64,000 nt of DNA. Origin: an uncultured Candidatus Saccharibacteria bacterium. GTDB lineage: Bacteria > Patescibacteriota > Minisyncoccia > Phycocordibacterales > JACOZG01. This document shows, piece by piece, positions 51,009-61,367 of this stretch. The translations under genes and the position numbers were made by a program. The stretch spans positions 12,155 to 76,154 of the forward strand of contig CAZYLF010000001.1 in NCBI GenBank assembly GCA_964648765.1, in the 5' to 3' direction. The notes under the pieces are model-generated. The model saw nothing but the letters and a program-made list of their open reading frames with translations, had not been told where the DNA came from and did not search any database. Numbering within the stretch: position 1 is the stretch's first letter; the number at the start of each line of letters is the position of its first letter.

Positions 51009-52016
51009 ATGTCAAGCACTAAACCAGAGAAAGATTGGTTCCTCGATAGCGCTCTCCGGCCCGCTATTTGGGACGAATACATTGGCCAAACTCATATAAA
51101 AGACAACCTAAAGATCTTACTTTCAGCCGCGCGCGAGCGTTCACACCCTCCAGAACATCTCCTCTTCTACGGACCGCCAGGATTAGGCAAAACCACCCTC
51201 GCCCACCTTATTGCTAAGGAAATAGGCGCTCAAATCAAGGTCACCTCCGGCCCGGCAATTGAACGGGTTGGGGATTTGGCCTCAATTTTGAGTAATTTAG
51301 CCGCTGGCGATATCCTATTTATTGACGAGGTCCATCGCTTGAACAAAACTATTGAAGAAGTGCTCTACCCAGCGATGGAATCTGGGACCCTCGATATTAT
51401 CATTGGTAAGGGTCCGGGCGCAAGGGTAATCCAACTTGACCTCCCCGCCTTCACCCTAATCGCCGCCACCACGCGCGTGGCCCTACTCTCCTCACCTTTA
51501 CGCTCACGCTTTGGTGGTGGGACCTTCCGACTTGAGTTTTATACCCCTGATGAGCTGATGCAAATCGTGAATCGCTCGGCCAAAATTTTAAATATCACGG
51601 TGACTCCTGAAGCGGCAAAGATAATTGCCGAGCGCTCACGCTTTACTCCGCGCTTAGCCAACCAACTCCTCAAACGCTGTCGTGATTATGCTCAAATGCA
51701 AAAAAAAGATATGGTGGATGAGAGCGTTGTAAAAAATACTTTGAACTTAATGGGTGTGGACGAGCACGGCTTAAACGGCGCCGACAGGCAAGTGCTCCAA
51801 ACCGTGATTGAGAAGTTTGGTGGCGGACCAGTGGGTTTGGGCACGATCGCTGCCGCCACGAGCGAGGAGGAAGCGACGATTGAAGAGGTTCATGAACCCT
51901 ATCTCCTCCAACTCGGTTTTATTGAACGCACCCCCCGCGGCCGACTCATCACCAAAAAAGCCTATGACCATCTTGGCTTTGATTACCCTAAAGATAGGCA
52001 AGAAAAATTATTGTAA
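51009..52016 (+). CDS. ruvB: Holliday junction branch-migration ATPase RuvB
   Basis: AAA+ Walker A GPPGLGKTTLA; Walker B ILFIDEVHRL; sensor motifs; C-terminal winged helix. Confidence 0.9.
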   Translation: MSSTKPEKDWFLDSALRPAIWDEYIGQTHIKDNLKILLSAARERSHPPEHLLFYGPPGLGKTTLAHLIAKEIGAQIKVTSGPAIERVGDLASILSNLAAGDILFIDEVHRLNKTIEEVLYPAMESGTLDIIIGKGPGARVIQLDLPAFTLIAATTRVALLSSPLRSRFGGGTFRLEFYTPDELMQIVNRSAKILNITVTPEAAKIIAERSRFTPRLANQLLKRCRDYAQMQKKDMVDESVVKNTLNLMGVDEHGLNGADRQVLQTVIEKFGGGPVGLGTIAAATSEEEATIEEVHEPYLLQLGFIERTPRGRLITKKAYDHLGFDYPKDRQEKLL

Positions 52017-52026
52017 ACTAAACTTT

Positions 52027-52581
52027 ATGGCTGGACATAATAAATGGACACAAATTAAACGCCAGAAGGCCGCAGTGGATGGCAAGAAGAGCAAACTCTT
52101 CTCGATTTTAGCGCGCAACATTACGATGGAAGCCAAGAGAGTAAATGGAGACAAAAATAGCGCGAACTTACGCACAATCATCGAGAAGGCGCGCGCGGCC
52201 AATATGCCGAGCGATAATATTGATCGAGCGATTGCTAAAGCCACGGGCGCGGGAGCCGAGAACTTTGAAGAAGTAATTTACGAAGCCTACGGCCCAGGTG
52301 GCGCGGCTATAATTATTGAAGGTATCACTGACAGCAAAAATCGCACGTCGCAAGAAATTAAACACTTACTTTCACTCCATGAAGCTTCACTCGGTGGTAG
52401 TGGCTCCGTAACTTGGGCATTCTCTAAATCCCCCGCTGGAGAATGGAAAGCAGGCAACTTAATGGAAATTTCTGATGAAGCCACAATGCAAGCGTTAGTA
52501 AATTTAATCGATGCGCTTGAAAATCACGCAGACATTAAAAGAGTGAGCGTGAATGTGGAATTACCAGAAGAGAATCAATAA
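52027..52581 (+). CDS. yebC: YebC/PmpR-family protein (short form)
   Basis: Starts MAGHNKWTQIKRQKA (YebC N-terminal signature); 184 aa from this ATG, shorter than typical. Confidence 0.65.
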   Translation: MAGHNKWTQIKRQKAAVDGKKSKLFSILARNITMEAKRVNGDKNSANLRTIIEKARAANMPSDNIDRAIAKATGAGAENFEEVIYEAYGPGGAAIIIEGITDSKNRTSQEIKHLLSLHEASLGGSGSVTWAFSKSPAGEWKAGNLMEISDEATMQALVNLIDALENHADIKRVSVNVELPEENQ

Positions 52582-53066
52582 TGAAAATACTTGGCATTGA
52601 TCCGGGTTATGATAAGTTGGGAATTGCAGTGGTGGAAAAGGTGGAAGGTGAAAAAGAAAAATTAGTTTATTCAGCTTGTATTAAAACCACGCGCGGAGCA
52701 CCGTTCAATGAGAGGTTGATGCAAATTGCAGAAATTGTGGAACAGACAATTTCTGCCCACTCCCCCGCCGCGCTCGCGATTGAAAAACTTTTTTTCACCT
52801 CAAACCAAAAAACCGCCATGCAAGTAAGCGAGGTGCGCGGATTAATAATTTATTTAGCGTCAAAAAATAATTTACAAATTTTTGAGTACACACCATCGCA
52901 AGTTAAAAGCACGGTGGCCGGATCCGGCAATGCGAGTAAAGACCAAATAATAAATATGGTGCCAAGGTTAATAAAAATTAATAAAGAAATTAAAGAGGAT
53001 GATGAGTATGACGCTATTGCACTAGCTCTAACTTGCCTCGCCTGCGAGCCTCTTATCCACAACTAA
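52581..53066 (+). CDS. ruvC: crossover junction endodeoxyribonuclease RuvC
   Basis: MKILGIDPGYDKLGIAVVE with catalytic Asp; conserved acidic residues downstream. Confidence 0.85.
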   Translation: MKILGIDPGYDKLGIAVVEKVEGEKEKLVYSACIKTTRGAPFNERLMQIAEIVEQTISAHSPAALAIEKLFFTSNQKTAMQVSEVRGLIIYLASKNNLQIFEYTPSQVKSTVAGSGNASKDQIINMVPRLIKINKEIKEDDEYDAIALALTCLACEPLIHN

Positions 53067-53294
53067 GTAGTGGAGGATTTGCAAAAAAAACCGATTATGT
53101 TAATAATGAAGCGGTCCAAAAATGAACGAGTTAAAAAGGTCGTTATTTTAAAGGTTTAATTTGTAAAATATATGCCAGAAGAAGATGAATTATTGGGTGC
53201 CGATGGCGATGACGTTGATATGCCTGAGGGAGATGACGTAGACCTCGGTGATGATGATGAGGAAGAAGCTGAGGAAGATTTTAGTTAAAAAATA

Positions 53295-53345
53295 AGTTTA
53301 TAAAGAAATTCCTTAAACTAAAACTTTAAGGAATTTCTTTTTGCC
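53295..53345. terminator. bidirectional terminator shared by tyrS (minus) and upstream plus-strand sequence
   Basis: 14-bp stem aagaaattccttaa/ttaaggaatttctt with T/A runs on both sides. Confidence 0.55.
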
Positions 53346-54458
53346 CACACGGAAAATATTAGTCTCCTCAACCTTAAACCATTGATCAGTAATCTTAATT
53401 TCTCCATTTATGGTCACCGCTCCCGCTTCCACTAAATTTTTAAAAGCGGTTTTAGAATCAATTAACTTTTGCTCAAGTAAAATGTCGGCGAGTAAACTCC
53501 CCCTCTCCACCTTCACCTCTTTAATCTCAGTTGGCAATTCTTTAGTTTGAAATACTTTTACAAAATTTTTCTCGGCTTTGTTTGCCTTAGACTCTCCATG
53601 AAATAGTTTAGTGATCTCTTTAGCCAAGCGCATTTTGCCGTCACGAGGATTGGTGCTAATTAAATTTTTAAATTCTTGTTCCGGAAGACGAGTGCAAATT
53701 TCAAATCCGAGCGCGAGCAAACCATCTGGCCAGCTCATCACTTTGCCATACACATCATTTGGTAAATCCTCAAACGTCACCATGTTGCCTTCCGTCTTCC
53801 CCATTTTTTTGCCAGTGGCATCAACTAAAAGTTTAGTGGCAATTACAAACTTTTCTTTACCGCGCTTCGTCATCATGGTGCGACCAGTGAGCATGTTGAA
53901 GGTTTGATCATTTGCGCCGATCTCCGCATCCACACCCATCGCCACACTGTCGTAACCTTGTAGCATTGGGTAAAACATTTCATGAAAGTGCACTGGTAAG
54001 TTAGATTTTATTCTCTCCTGAAACATGTCGCGCTCAAGAAGTTGTGCAACCGTAAATTCTGAAGCCAAATTAAGCACCTCAGCCAACTTTAATTTGCCCA
54101 ACCAATCATTATTCTTTTTAAAAACAATTTTTTTAAGATCAAGAATCTTTCCAATTTGTTTTCGATATTTCTGATAATTAGCCTTAACCTCGTCTGGGGT
54201 TTGTTGTTTGCGAGTAGAAATCTTATCTGGATCACCAATTTGGGCAGTAAATGTGCCATAGAGAATAATTATCTCGTGCCCCGCGTCTTGGAGTTCACGA
54301 AGTTTAAGTAAAACCGTGGCGTGGCCCAAATGTAAAGTCGGTCCGGTGGGGTCAATACCTAAATAAATTTTAATCGGGCCACCTGCGAGCCTCGTTTTAA
54401 ACAATTCAGGCGATGGATAAATTCTCTCCACCCCTCGAGTAAAAAATTCTTCATTCAT
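53313..54458 (-). CDS. tyrS: tyrosyl-tRNA synthetase
   Basis: HIGH-type HLGH, KMSKS-type KMGKT, and C-terminal S4-like domain. Confidence 0.8.
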   Translation of the reverse strand: MNEEFFTRGVERIYPSPELFKTRLAGGPIKIYLGIDPTGPTLHLGHATVLLKLRELQDAGHEIIILYGTFTAQIGDPDKISTRKQQTPDEVKANYQKYRKQIGKILDLKKIVFKKNNDWLGKLKLAEVLNLASEFTVAQLLERDMFQERIKSNLPVHFHEMFYPMLQGYDSVAMGVDAEIGANDQTFNMLTGRTMMTKRGKEKFVIATKLLVDATGKKMGKTEGNMVTFEDLPNDVYGKVMSWPDGLLALGFEICTRLPEQEFKNLISTNPRDGKMRLAKEITKLFHGESKANKAEKNFVKVFQTKELPTEIKEVKVERGSLLADILLEQKLIDSKTAFKNLVEAGAVTINGEIKITDQWFKVEETNIFRVGKKKFLKVLV

Positions 54459-54513
54459 CTTTAAAAATTTACCACACTTTACCCCTTGATTCCAGATGTG
54501 TTAGCATGGTGAA

Positions 54514-57015
54514 GTGAAGAGTTTCCTCAATCATTGCTTAAAACACAAAGGGTTACTCGGCCAAGGGATTATTGTTTTAATAATCATTGGCTTTATCAGC
54601 GCGGGGATAATCGCAATTTGGATAGTCACCCTCGACATTCCGAGCTTTGACCAATTTGAGGAGCGCTTAGTAACTCAATCTACCAAGATTTATGACCGCA
54701 CTGGTAAAATTTTACTCTACAACGTTCATGATACCGTGCGCCGAAAAGTGGTCTCGGGTGACGATATCTCTCGTCATATTAAAAATGCCACCGTGGCAAT
54801 TGAGGACAACGAGTTTTATGAGCATTTTGGTATCAAACCAATGGCCATCCTCCGCTCGGTGTTTGTAAATATTCTAGCGGGTGGATATGCCCAAGGCGGT
54901 TCCACTATTACCCAGCAATTAATTAAAAATTCTCTCTTAACTCAAGAGAAGAAGATCTCCCGCAAAATTAAGGAGTGGCTCCTGGCAATCAAGATCGAAA
55001 AGGTAATGACAAAGGAAGAAATTTTGAACTTATATTTAAACGAGTCACCTTATGGTGGTAATTTATACGGCGTGGAGGAGGCAGCAGAAAGCTTTTTTGG
55101 CAAACAAGCTAAGGACGTTACTTTGGCACAATCGGCTTATCTTGCGGCTATTCCTAAAGCCCCGACTTTTTACTCCCCTTACGGCAACAATCGGGAGAAA
55201 TTAGAGGAACGTAAGAGCTTAGTGCTCCGCCGAATGCGTGAACTCAACTTCATCACCGATGAAGAACTGAAGCAGGCCTCAGAAGAAAAAGTGACATTTT
55301 CACCACCGGAAGATCGTGGAATAAAAGCCCCCCACTTTGCTTTGTGGGTAAGAGATTATTTGGAGGAAAAATATGGAGAAGAAGCTTTGGTGAACGATGG
55401 ATTAAAAGTAATCACCACGATTGATTGGGAATTACAGCAAAAAGCGGAGGAGATTGTAAAAAAGTACGGTGAGGAAAACCGCACTAAATTTAATGCTAAA
55501 AATGCCTCAATGGTGGCCATTGATCCTAAAACGGGTGAGATTTTGGTGATGGTGGGCTCGGTAAATTACTTTGACACTGCAAACGAGGGCAACTTTAACG
55601 TGGCCCTATCTCATCGCCAACCCGGATCATCTTTTAAACCAATTGTTTACGCCACGGCCTTTAACGAGGGTTACACTCCCGAGACTGTGGTGTTTGATCT
55701 TGAAACTCAATTTGATACTAATTGTGAAGACGATAAAAGCAAATGTTATACCCCGCAAAACTACGACAACCTTTTCCGTGGCCCAATCTCCCTCCGGAAC
55801 GCTCTCGCCCAATCCATCAACATCCCCGCGCTTAAAACGCTTTATTTAGTAGGAATCCGCGACGCTCTTAAAACAGCTCAGGTTTTGGGTATCACCAGTT
55901 TAACCAACGTAAACAACTACGGTTTGCCACTAGTGCTTGGTGGTGGAGAAGTCTCTCCACTTGAACTTACTAGCGCTTATAGCGTATTTGCCAATGATGG
56001 AGTACGAAATCCTTATGAAAAAATTCTCTCGGTTGAAACGTCAAGTGGCCAAGTGTTAGAAAAGTTCACTCCCCGCCCCCAAACCGCCCTACCCGCAAAC
56101 ACCGCGCGCTTAATCTCTGATGTGCTCTCGGATAACGTGGCGCGCACTCCGGCCTTTGGCGCCAACTCCGTGCTCAACTTCCCTGGTCGCCAGGTGGCGG
56201 CCAAAACTGGTACCACCAACGATTATCGTGACGCATGGGTGGTAGGCTACACCCCAAGCATCGCCATTGGCGCCTGGGTAGGAAATAACGACAATACACC
56301 AATGGAAAAGAAGGTGGCAGGATTTATTGTGGCCCCGATGTGGAATGCGGTGATGAAGGAGGCGTTAAAAAAATTCCCAATTGAGAACTTTAAAAAACCA
56401 GAACCAACCTCAAACGAGCTAAAACCTGTTCTGCGTGGTTTTTGGCAAGGTGGCATTTCATATAATATTGATAAAATTTCTGGCAAACTCGCCACCGAGT
56501 ATACTCCAGCGAGTATGCAGGAAGAACGCGTGATTAAACAAGTCCATTCAATTCTTTATTGGTTAGACAAAGATAACCCAAATGGCCCAGCACCACGTAA
56601 TCCTGAGTCTGACCAGCAATTTAAACTTTGGGAGGAGCCTGTTAAAGCGTGGGCAAAGAGGCAAGGAATAAAAGAGGAGACAGAAAATGATCTCCCGAAG
56701 GAGTACGACAACATCCACACAGCAGCAAATCAGCCAGAAATCAAAATCCTTTCACCAAACAGCAACGGAAACTACCGAAAAGGTGAAACTTTGAACCTAA
56801 AGTTAGATATTGATGCTAAATTTGCTATTGATCGCGTAGACTTATTCTTAAACCAAAATTATTTGCAAACAGTGCGCCGCGCACCATTTGAAGCAAGCTT
56901 CGTCTTAAGCGAGGATCTTTTAACCACCAGCGGTAAACAAGAACTACGTGTGGTGGTCTACGACAACATTGGCAACACCGGGGAAGACAAGGTGAGATTT
57001 GATTTGACAAACTAG
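54514..57015 (+). CDS. bifunctional class A penicillin-binding protein (glycosyltransferase GT51 + transpeptidase)
   Basis: GT51 motifs EDNEFYEHFG and GGSTITQQLIKN; transpeptidase SxxK (GSSFKP), SxN, KTG(T). GTG start; N-terminal TM anchor. Confidence 0.85.
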   Translation: MKSFLNHCLKHKGLLGQGIIVLIIIGFISAGIIAIWIVTLDIPSFDQFEERLVTQSTKIYDRTGKILLYNVHDTVRRKVVSGDDISRHIKNATVAIEDNEFYEHFGIKPMAILRSVFVNILAGGYAQGGSTITQQLIKNSLLTQEKKISRKIKEWLLAIKIEKVMTKEEILNLYLNESPYGGNLYGVEEAAESFFGKQAKDVTLAQSAYLAAIPKAPTFYSPYGNNREKLEERKSLVLRRMRELNFITDEELKQASEEKVTFSPPEDRGIKAPHFALWVRDYLEEKYGEEALVNDGLKVITTIDWELQQKAEEIVKKYGEENRTKFNAKNASMVAIDPKTGEILVMVGSVNYFDTANEGNFNVALSHRQPGSSFKPIVYATAFNEGYTPETVVFDLETQFDTNCEDDKSKCYTPQNYDNLFRGPISLRNALAQSINIPALKTLYLVGIRDALKTAQVLGITSLTNVNNYGLPLVLGGGEVSPLELTSAYSVFANDGVRNPYEKILSVETSSGQVLEKFTPRPQTALPANTARLISDVLSDNVARTPAFGANSVLNFPGRQVAAKTGTTNDYRDAWVVGYTPSIAIGAWVGNNDNTPMEKKVAGFIVAPMWNAVMKEALKKFPIENFKKPEPTSNELKPVLRGFWQGGISYNIDKISGKLATEYTPASMQEERVIKQVHSILYWLDKDNPNGPAPRNPESDQQFKLWEEPVKAWAKRQGIKEETENDLPKEYDNIHTAANQPEIKILSPNSNGNYRKGETLNLKLDIDAKFAIDRVDLFLNQNYLQTVRRAPFEASFVLSEDLLTTSGKQELRVVVYDNIGNTGEDKVRFDLTN

Positions 57016-57103
57016 TCAAAATATGGAAGTAATATTGGTAGGTCTTTGAAAGGGAACTGAGGTTCCTTAAAGTTAATGGGTGTTCAAGAATAAGGAGAAA
57101 ATC

Positions 57104-57910
57104 ATGAAAAAAGGCCAAGTTTGGTTGTCCTGTCTCTTGGGTGGAATCATTGGTGGAGCAATTTCTTTCGCGTGCCACCTGCAGTATGCTTGGGCATCTT
57201 GGCTGGCGTTGCCGGTTGGCGCGTTAGTGGGTGGACTCATCGCCTACATATGGTATGACCTTGAGGGTGCGAAAAATGGTGTTTTTAGAGCGTGGAACGA
57301 AACATACCTTGAGGCCAGAGAAACCTGGAAATCGTTGGTGACCTTCTGTCGACTTTCTTTCTGGTCAATTCTTTTTGTTCATTTGTCTATGTACACAAGC
57401 GTCGTGTATATAATCATACTCTTGTCTCTCTTCATACCCGCTAAAGATCTCCATTACTCGGTGGGGTTTGTATTCTGCGAAGTTCTCTCTATTCTAATAT
57501 CGGTAATTATAGTAAATGGGGTTATCTTAAATGAACACGACCACAAAAAAATGAGCAGTTTTTTCAAAACATGCACATGGAAGTATTCTAATCCTGTGGC
57601 GGTAGCTGTTTGGATTGTAGTAAGTGTAATCTGGGCAATCGTTCGAGTTCCTAACGGCCTGTCATTTTTGCTTAATTTCCTGAAAGGATGTATGAAATTC
57701 CTAAAAACCTCATTTACCTACATCCACAGCCAGGGACGGTTGATAGTCGCGGTAGATACTGCCTTGGGAGTACTGCTTGGTGTAGCTCTCGGGCTTCATT
57801 ACAACAATCCATTGATGGGGACATTGGCTTGTGGATTTATTGGAATGATACTCGGTGAAGTTAACTACCGAATCGTTTCCATCCGCTGGCTGAAAGTTCA
57901 GCCTACTTAA
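57104..57910 (+). CDS. hypothetical polytopic membrane protein
   Basis: Multiple TM helices. Start at MKKGQVWLS. Confidence 0.45.
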   Translation: MKKGQVWLSCLLGGIIGGAISFACHLQYAWASWLALPVGALVGGLIAYIWYDLEGAKNGVFRAWNETYLEARETWKSLVTFCRLSFWSILFVHLSMYTSVVYIIILLSLFIPAKDLHYSVGFVFCEVLSILISVIIVNGVILNEHDHKKMSSFFKTCTWKYSNPVAVAVWIVVSVIWAIVRVPNGLSFLLNFLKGCMKFLKTSFTYIHSQGRLIVAVDTALGVLLGVALGLHYNNPLMGTLACGFIGMILGEVNYRIVSIRWLKVQPT

Positions 57911-57929
57911 TAAAGTAGTTCCTCTTGAA

Positions 57930-57972
57930 AAACATCGCGCCACACTTTTATCGTGTGGCGCTTTTTATTTTG
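57930..57972. terminator. bidirectional rho-independent terminator
   Basis: Stem gcgccacac/gtgtggcgc, then TTTTTATTTT. Confidence 0.6.
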
Positions 57973-57978
57973 CGAAAT

Positions 57979-58209
57979 TTAAGAAATTGGGAAGCCGAAG
58001 GATTTTTCAATTAATTTTTTCTTCGAAAAAATATGGCTTTTGGCGGTGGGCGGTAAATTTATGTAAAACGATCGCGGTTTTGGGGTAATATTATCCTCCC
58101 CCACCTCGACTTTGGTTTGTTCTAAAATAATTCTAGCTAATTTCTGGCGAATCGCCTTAGGATTTTGGAGATTTTCAAACTTTTTTAAAAATTCCGCTAA
58201 TGGTCCCAT
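57979..58209 (-). CDS. small basic protein downstream of dnaN (possibly DUF721-like)
   Basis: 76 aa, co-oriented immediately after dnaN. Assignment tentative. Confidence 0.35.
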   Translation of the reverse strand: MGPLAEFLKKFENLQNPKAIRQKLARIILEQTKVEVGEDNITPKPRSFYINLPPTAKSHIFSKKKLIEKSFGFPIS

Positions 58210-58213
58210 TTTT

Positions 58214-59320
58214 CTAGCGGTTTATTGGCATTATTAAGTAAGTAAAAGACTGATCACCAGCCCCACTTACCACCATAGGCTTACCTGGAGCCACAATTCT
58301 TAAGTTAATATTTTCAGAATTTGTGGAATTTAAACAATCAAATAAATATTTACTGTTAATCACCAACTCCGCGCCATCACCAGAAACAGTGGCCCCAAGT
58401 CTTGATGTATTTTCCCCCACACTATCATTATGAGTTTTAACCTCAATCGCTCCATCTTTAGGTAAGATTGAAATATTGGTTTGATTTAATTTGTCAGTAA
58501 AAATTGACGTGATTTTAAGTGTATTTAAAAGCTCGGTTTTAGAAACTGCCACCTCGGTTTTAAAATCTTTTGGCATAATTTGGCGATAGTCAGGGAAAAC
58601 TCCATCTATTAATCTTGAAGTTAAATACAAACTATCTGTTGAAAAGGCAATTTGATTTTTATCCCAATTCACCTTCATTTCGCCAGTTAAATTATCAAAA
58701 ACTCTCACCACCTCAAACACATTCTTAAGGGGAATAATTAAATTTAACTTATCAAACATCTCATTTACTCCCAAATCGAGCTTTTTCTCCGCCAACCTAA
58801 AAGAGTCAGTGGCCACAAACACTAATTTGCCCTCATCATAATAAAGATAAACACTGGCAATCTCGGGCTTAATACTCGAGAGCGACGCTGCATAAGCCAC
58901 AGCACGTAACGCGGCCACAAAACGCGCCGCATCAATCTCAAAACCAGCCTCGGGGGCCACCCTTGGGATGGTGGGGAAGTCGTCAGTGGGTTGGCATTTA
59001 ATAGTGGCTCGATTTTTCCCCGCCACCACTAAAAGATTACCATTTACCTCACTAGCCTCAATTTTCTGATCATTTCCAATATTCCCTAAAAAATTCCCAA
59101 GCACCGACCCGGGTATTGCCACACTCCCAACCTCACTCGTCTCGACAGGAACCTCAACCTCAAGTCCCACATCCAAATTAGTGGCTTTAATTATTAACTT
59201 TTTCTCAATCACCTCGACCAAAATCGAACTTAAAATTGGCAGGGATAGATTTTTCCCAGTTATTTTTTCAGCCAATCCAATTAAATGACCGAGATTATTT
59301 TTTTTAAGAGAAAATTTCAT
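58214..59320 (-). CDS. dnaN: DNA polymerase III beta sliding clamp
   Basis: 368 aa, three-domain clamp pattern, MKFSLKKNNL...LPILSSILVE N-terminus, immediately downstream of dnaA. Confidence 0.85.
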   Translation of the reverse strand: MKFSLKKNNLGHLIGLAEKITGKNLSLPILSSILVEVIEKKLIIKATNLDVGLEVEVPVETSEVGSVAIPGSVLGNFLGNIGNDQKIEASEVNGNLLVVAGKNRATIKCQPTDDFPTIPRVAPEAGFEIDAARFVAALRAVAYAASLSSIKPEIASVYLYYDEGKLVFVATDSFRLAEKKLDLGVNEMFDKLNLIIPLKNVFEVVRVFDNLTGEMKVNWDKNQIAFSTDSLYLTSRLIDGVFPDYRQIMPKDFKTEVAVSKTELLNTLKITSIFTDKLNQTNISILPKDGAIEVKTHNDSVGENTSRLGATVSGDGAELVINSKYLFDCLNSTNSENINLRIVAPGKPMVVSGAGDQSFTYLIMPINR

Positions 59321-59540
59321 CTTTATATTAATAATTTATTTTTTAAGAGAAGGGTTTATTACTATTAGGGCTGTGGATAATCTGGATAACTTTTTTAGCG
59401 CTTAAAATATGGTTTTAATTCACTAATTAATTATTTCGGCTGTGGATTGTGATGTTGGTAAGTTACTCACCTAATCTCAACCCCTTTTAACTAACAAATT
59501 AACCTAAACTAATCCACTGTGTTACCAACAGGTTATCCAC
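59321..59540. promoter_or_regulatory. candidate oriC / DnaA-box cluster in the dnaA-dnaN spacer
   Basis: AT-rich; DnaA-box matches TGTGGATAA (59372-59380, perfect), TGTGGATTG (59451-59459), TTATCCACC (59533-59541) and weaker TAATCCACT (approximately 59510-59519). Confidence 0.5.
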
Positions 59541-60899
59541 CTACTCATTATAGAGTATGAGGCGGATTTGCTCTAAGTCGGTGGTGAGGCTTGGATCTTT
59601 CTTTAGATCCTCCTTAATTTTTTCACAGGCGTAGATAACTGTGGTGTGGTCACGTCCTCCAAGCTTTTGGCCAATATATGGGTAAGAGGTGTTAAAGTCC
59701 TCTCTTAAGAGATACATTACCATTTGGCGGGGTTTTACCACCTCTTTACGTCTTGTTTTCTCATAAAGGTTCTTTTCATCAATGTTGTAGTAATCTGCCA
59801 CGATTGTGGTTACGTTTTTAATCGAGACTGACTTTTTGGGTTTAATGTTGTTTTTTATAAGAGATTTAACCTCTTGGATGGTTAAATTACGCTTTTTAAA
59901 GTAGCACTGGCAAATAATAGAGTTGAGAACCCCCTCGAGTTCCCTAATGTTTTCTTCAATTATTGAAGCCAAAAATTCAATAATCTCGTCAGATGGAGTA
60001 AAGTTAGCATTTTTTGCCTTAGCCCTAAGGATTGCTAATCGAGACTCATAATCTGGTTTAGCCACCATCGCCATCATCCCCCCCTCAAACCGTGATCTTA
60101 GGCGCTCTTCAAGATTTGTGATGTGTTTGGGTGGTTTATCTGAAGAAAATATAATTTGTTTGTTGCTCTCATAAAAATTATTAAACAAATGAAATAGTTC
60201 TTCTTGAGTTCGCTCTTTATTAGAGAGGAATTGAATATCGTCCATGATTAAAACGTCGTATTTGCGATATTTGTCTTTAAAAGCATTAACTTTGTTGTTT
60301 TGAACGGAGTTTACGTAATCAATAGTGAATTTTTCTGAAGTAACATAGTAAATTTTCTTGTTACTATTGTTTTTTTTTATGTGGTTGCCTATTCCTTGAA
60401 TTAAGTGGGTTTTACCAAGTCCGGTGCCACCATAAATAAACAATGGGTTATAATTCATCCCGGGGCTTTTAATAACCGCCTGCGCGGCCGCGTGGGCCAA
60501 CTCATTGAATTGCCCCACCACAAAGCCATCAAGCATGTACTTTGGATTTAAATTGTCCTCACGGTTGATATAGAGCTCATTTAGGCCCAATTGATCACCT
60601 AATGGTGGCTTGTTGTAGTAATCATCTTTAACTTGTTTGGCCTTGTCGTCGTTTTTGAAAATAATATATTCCACTCCCCTGATTTCTGGGTGTATGTTTC
60701 GAAGTGATTTTAAAATAAACTTATGGTATTTGTTTAAAAGCCAGTCGCGAACAAATGCGTTAGGTACTCCAAGATGAATTGTGCCACTATCTTGTCTTAC
60801 AATGTTGGTATTTTTAAACCAGGTGCCAAAATTAGCTTGCGAAACATTAGTTTCGATTTCTACTAACGCTTGATCCCAAAGTTTTTTATTTTCAACCAT
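59541..60899 (-). CDS. dnaA: chromosomal replication initiator protein DnaA
   Basis: AAA+ Walker A GGTGLGKTHL, Walker B VLIMDDIQF, C-terminal HTH domain IV. Confidence 0.9.
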   Translation of the reverse strand: MVENKKLWDQALVEIETNVSQANFGTWFKNTNIVRQDSGTIHLGVPNAFVRDWLLNKYHKFILKSLRNIHPEIRGVEYIIFKNDDKAKQVKDDYYNKPPLGDQLGLNELYINREDNLNPKYMLDGFVVGQFNELAHAAAQAVIKSPGMNYNPLFIYGGTGLGKTHLIQGIGNHIKKNNSNKKIYYVTSEKFTIDYVNSVQNNKVNAFKDKYRKYDVLIMDDIQFLSNKERTQEELFHLFNNFYESNKQIIFSSDKPPKHITNLEERLRSRFEGGMMAMVAKPDYESRLAILRAKAKNANFTPSDEIIEFLASIIEENIRELEGVLNSIICQCYFKKRNLTIQEVKSLIKNNIKPKKSVSIKNVTTIVADYYNIDEKNLYEKTRRKEVVKPRQMVMYLLREDFNTSYPYIGQKLGGRDHTTVIYACEKIKEDLKKDPSLTTDLEQIRLILYNE

Positions 60900-60947
60900 A
60901 ATTATTTAGATATTGAATTCGTTCTCATCTTACTATAGACTGTCTAC

Positions 60948-61082
60948 ATGTCGCAAACATATCAACCCAAAAAACGAAAAAGAGCAAAAACTCACGGTTT
61001 TTTGACTCGGAAAAAGACCTCAAATGGCCGAAGGGTTATCAAGGCCCGTAGACAAAAGGGTCGACGCCGTCTCGCGGTTTAG
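60948..61082 (+). CDS. rpmH: 50S ribosomal protein L34
   Basis: [44 protein letters not shown], 44 aa; not in the supplied ORF track because it is too short. Confidence 0.85.
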   Translation: MSQTYQPKKRKRAKTHGFLTRKKTSNGRRVIKARRQKGRRRLAV

Positions 61083-61091
61083 TTTATATCA

Positions 61092-61367
61092 ATGCCAGCA
61101 CCTTTTTTAATCAAAAGAGGTGAACCTTTAAGCCCTAAAAGTAAGGTTTTTTTGGTTGTTGTGGTGTCTAAAAAGGTGGCACCACTTGCCACCAAGCGGA
61201 ACTTAATTAAAAGGCGTTCCCGCCACATTTTCAGTGAGCTGAAGCCCCAATTAAAGCTTTTAAATCGGAAGCTTGTTATAATTTACCATCCAGGCTCGGC
61301 CGAGATCCCCTTTTCAGAGCTAAAACACTTAATAATTGCTGATTTAAAACGTTTAAATTATGTTTAG
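61092..61367 (+). CDS. rnpA: ribonuclease P protein component
   Basis: Basic 91-aa protein between rpmH and yidC with RNR-like KRRSRHIF segment. Confidence 0.7.
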   Translation: MPAPFLIKRGEPLSPKSKVFLVVVVSKKVAPLATKRNLIKRRSRHIFSELKPQLKLLNRKLVIIYHPGSAEIPFSELKHLIIADLKRLNYV

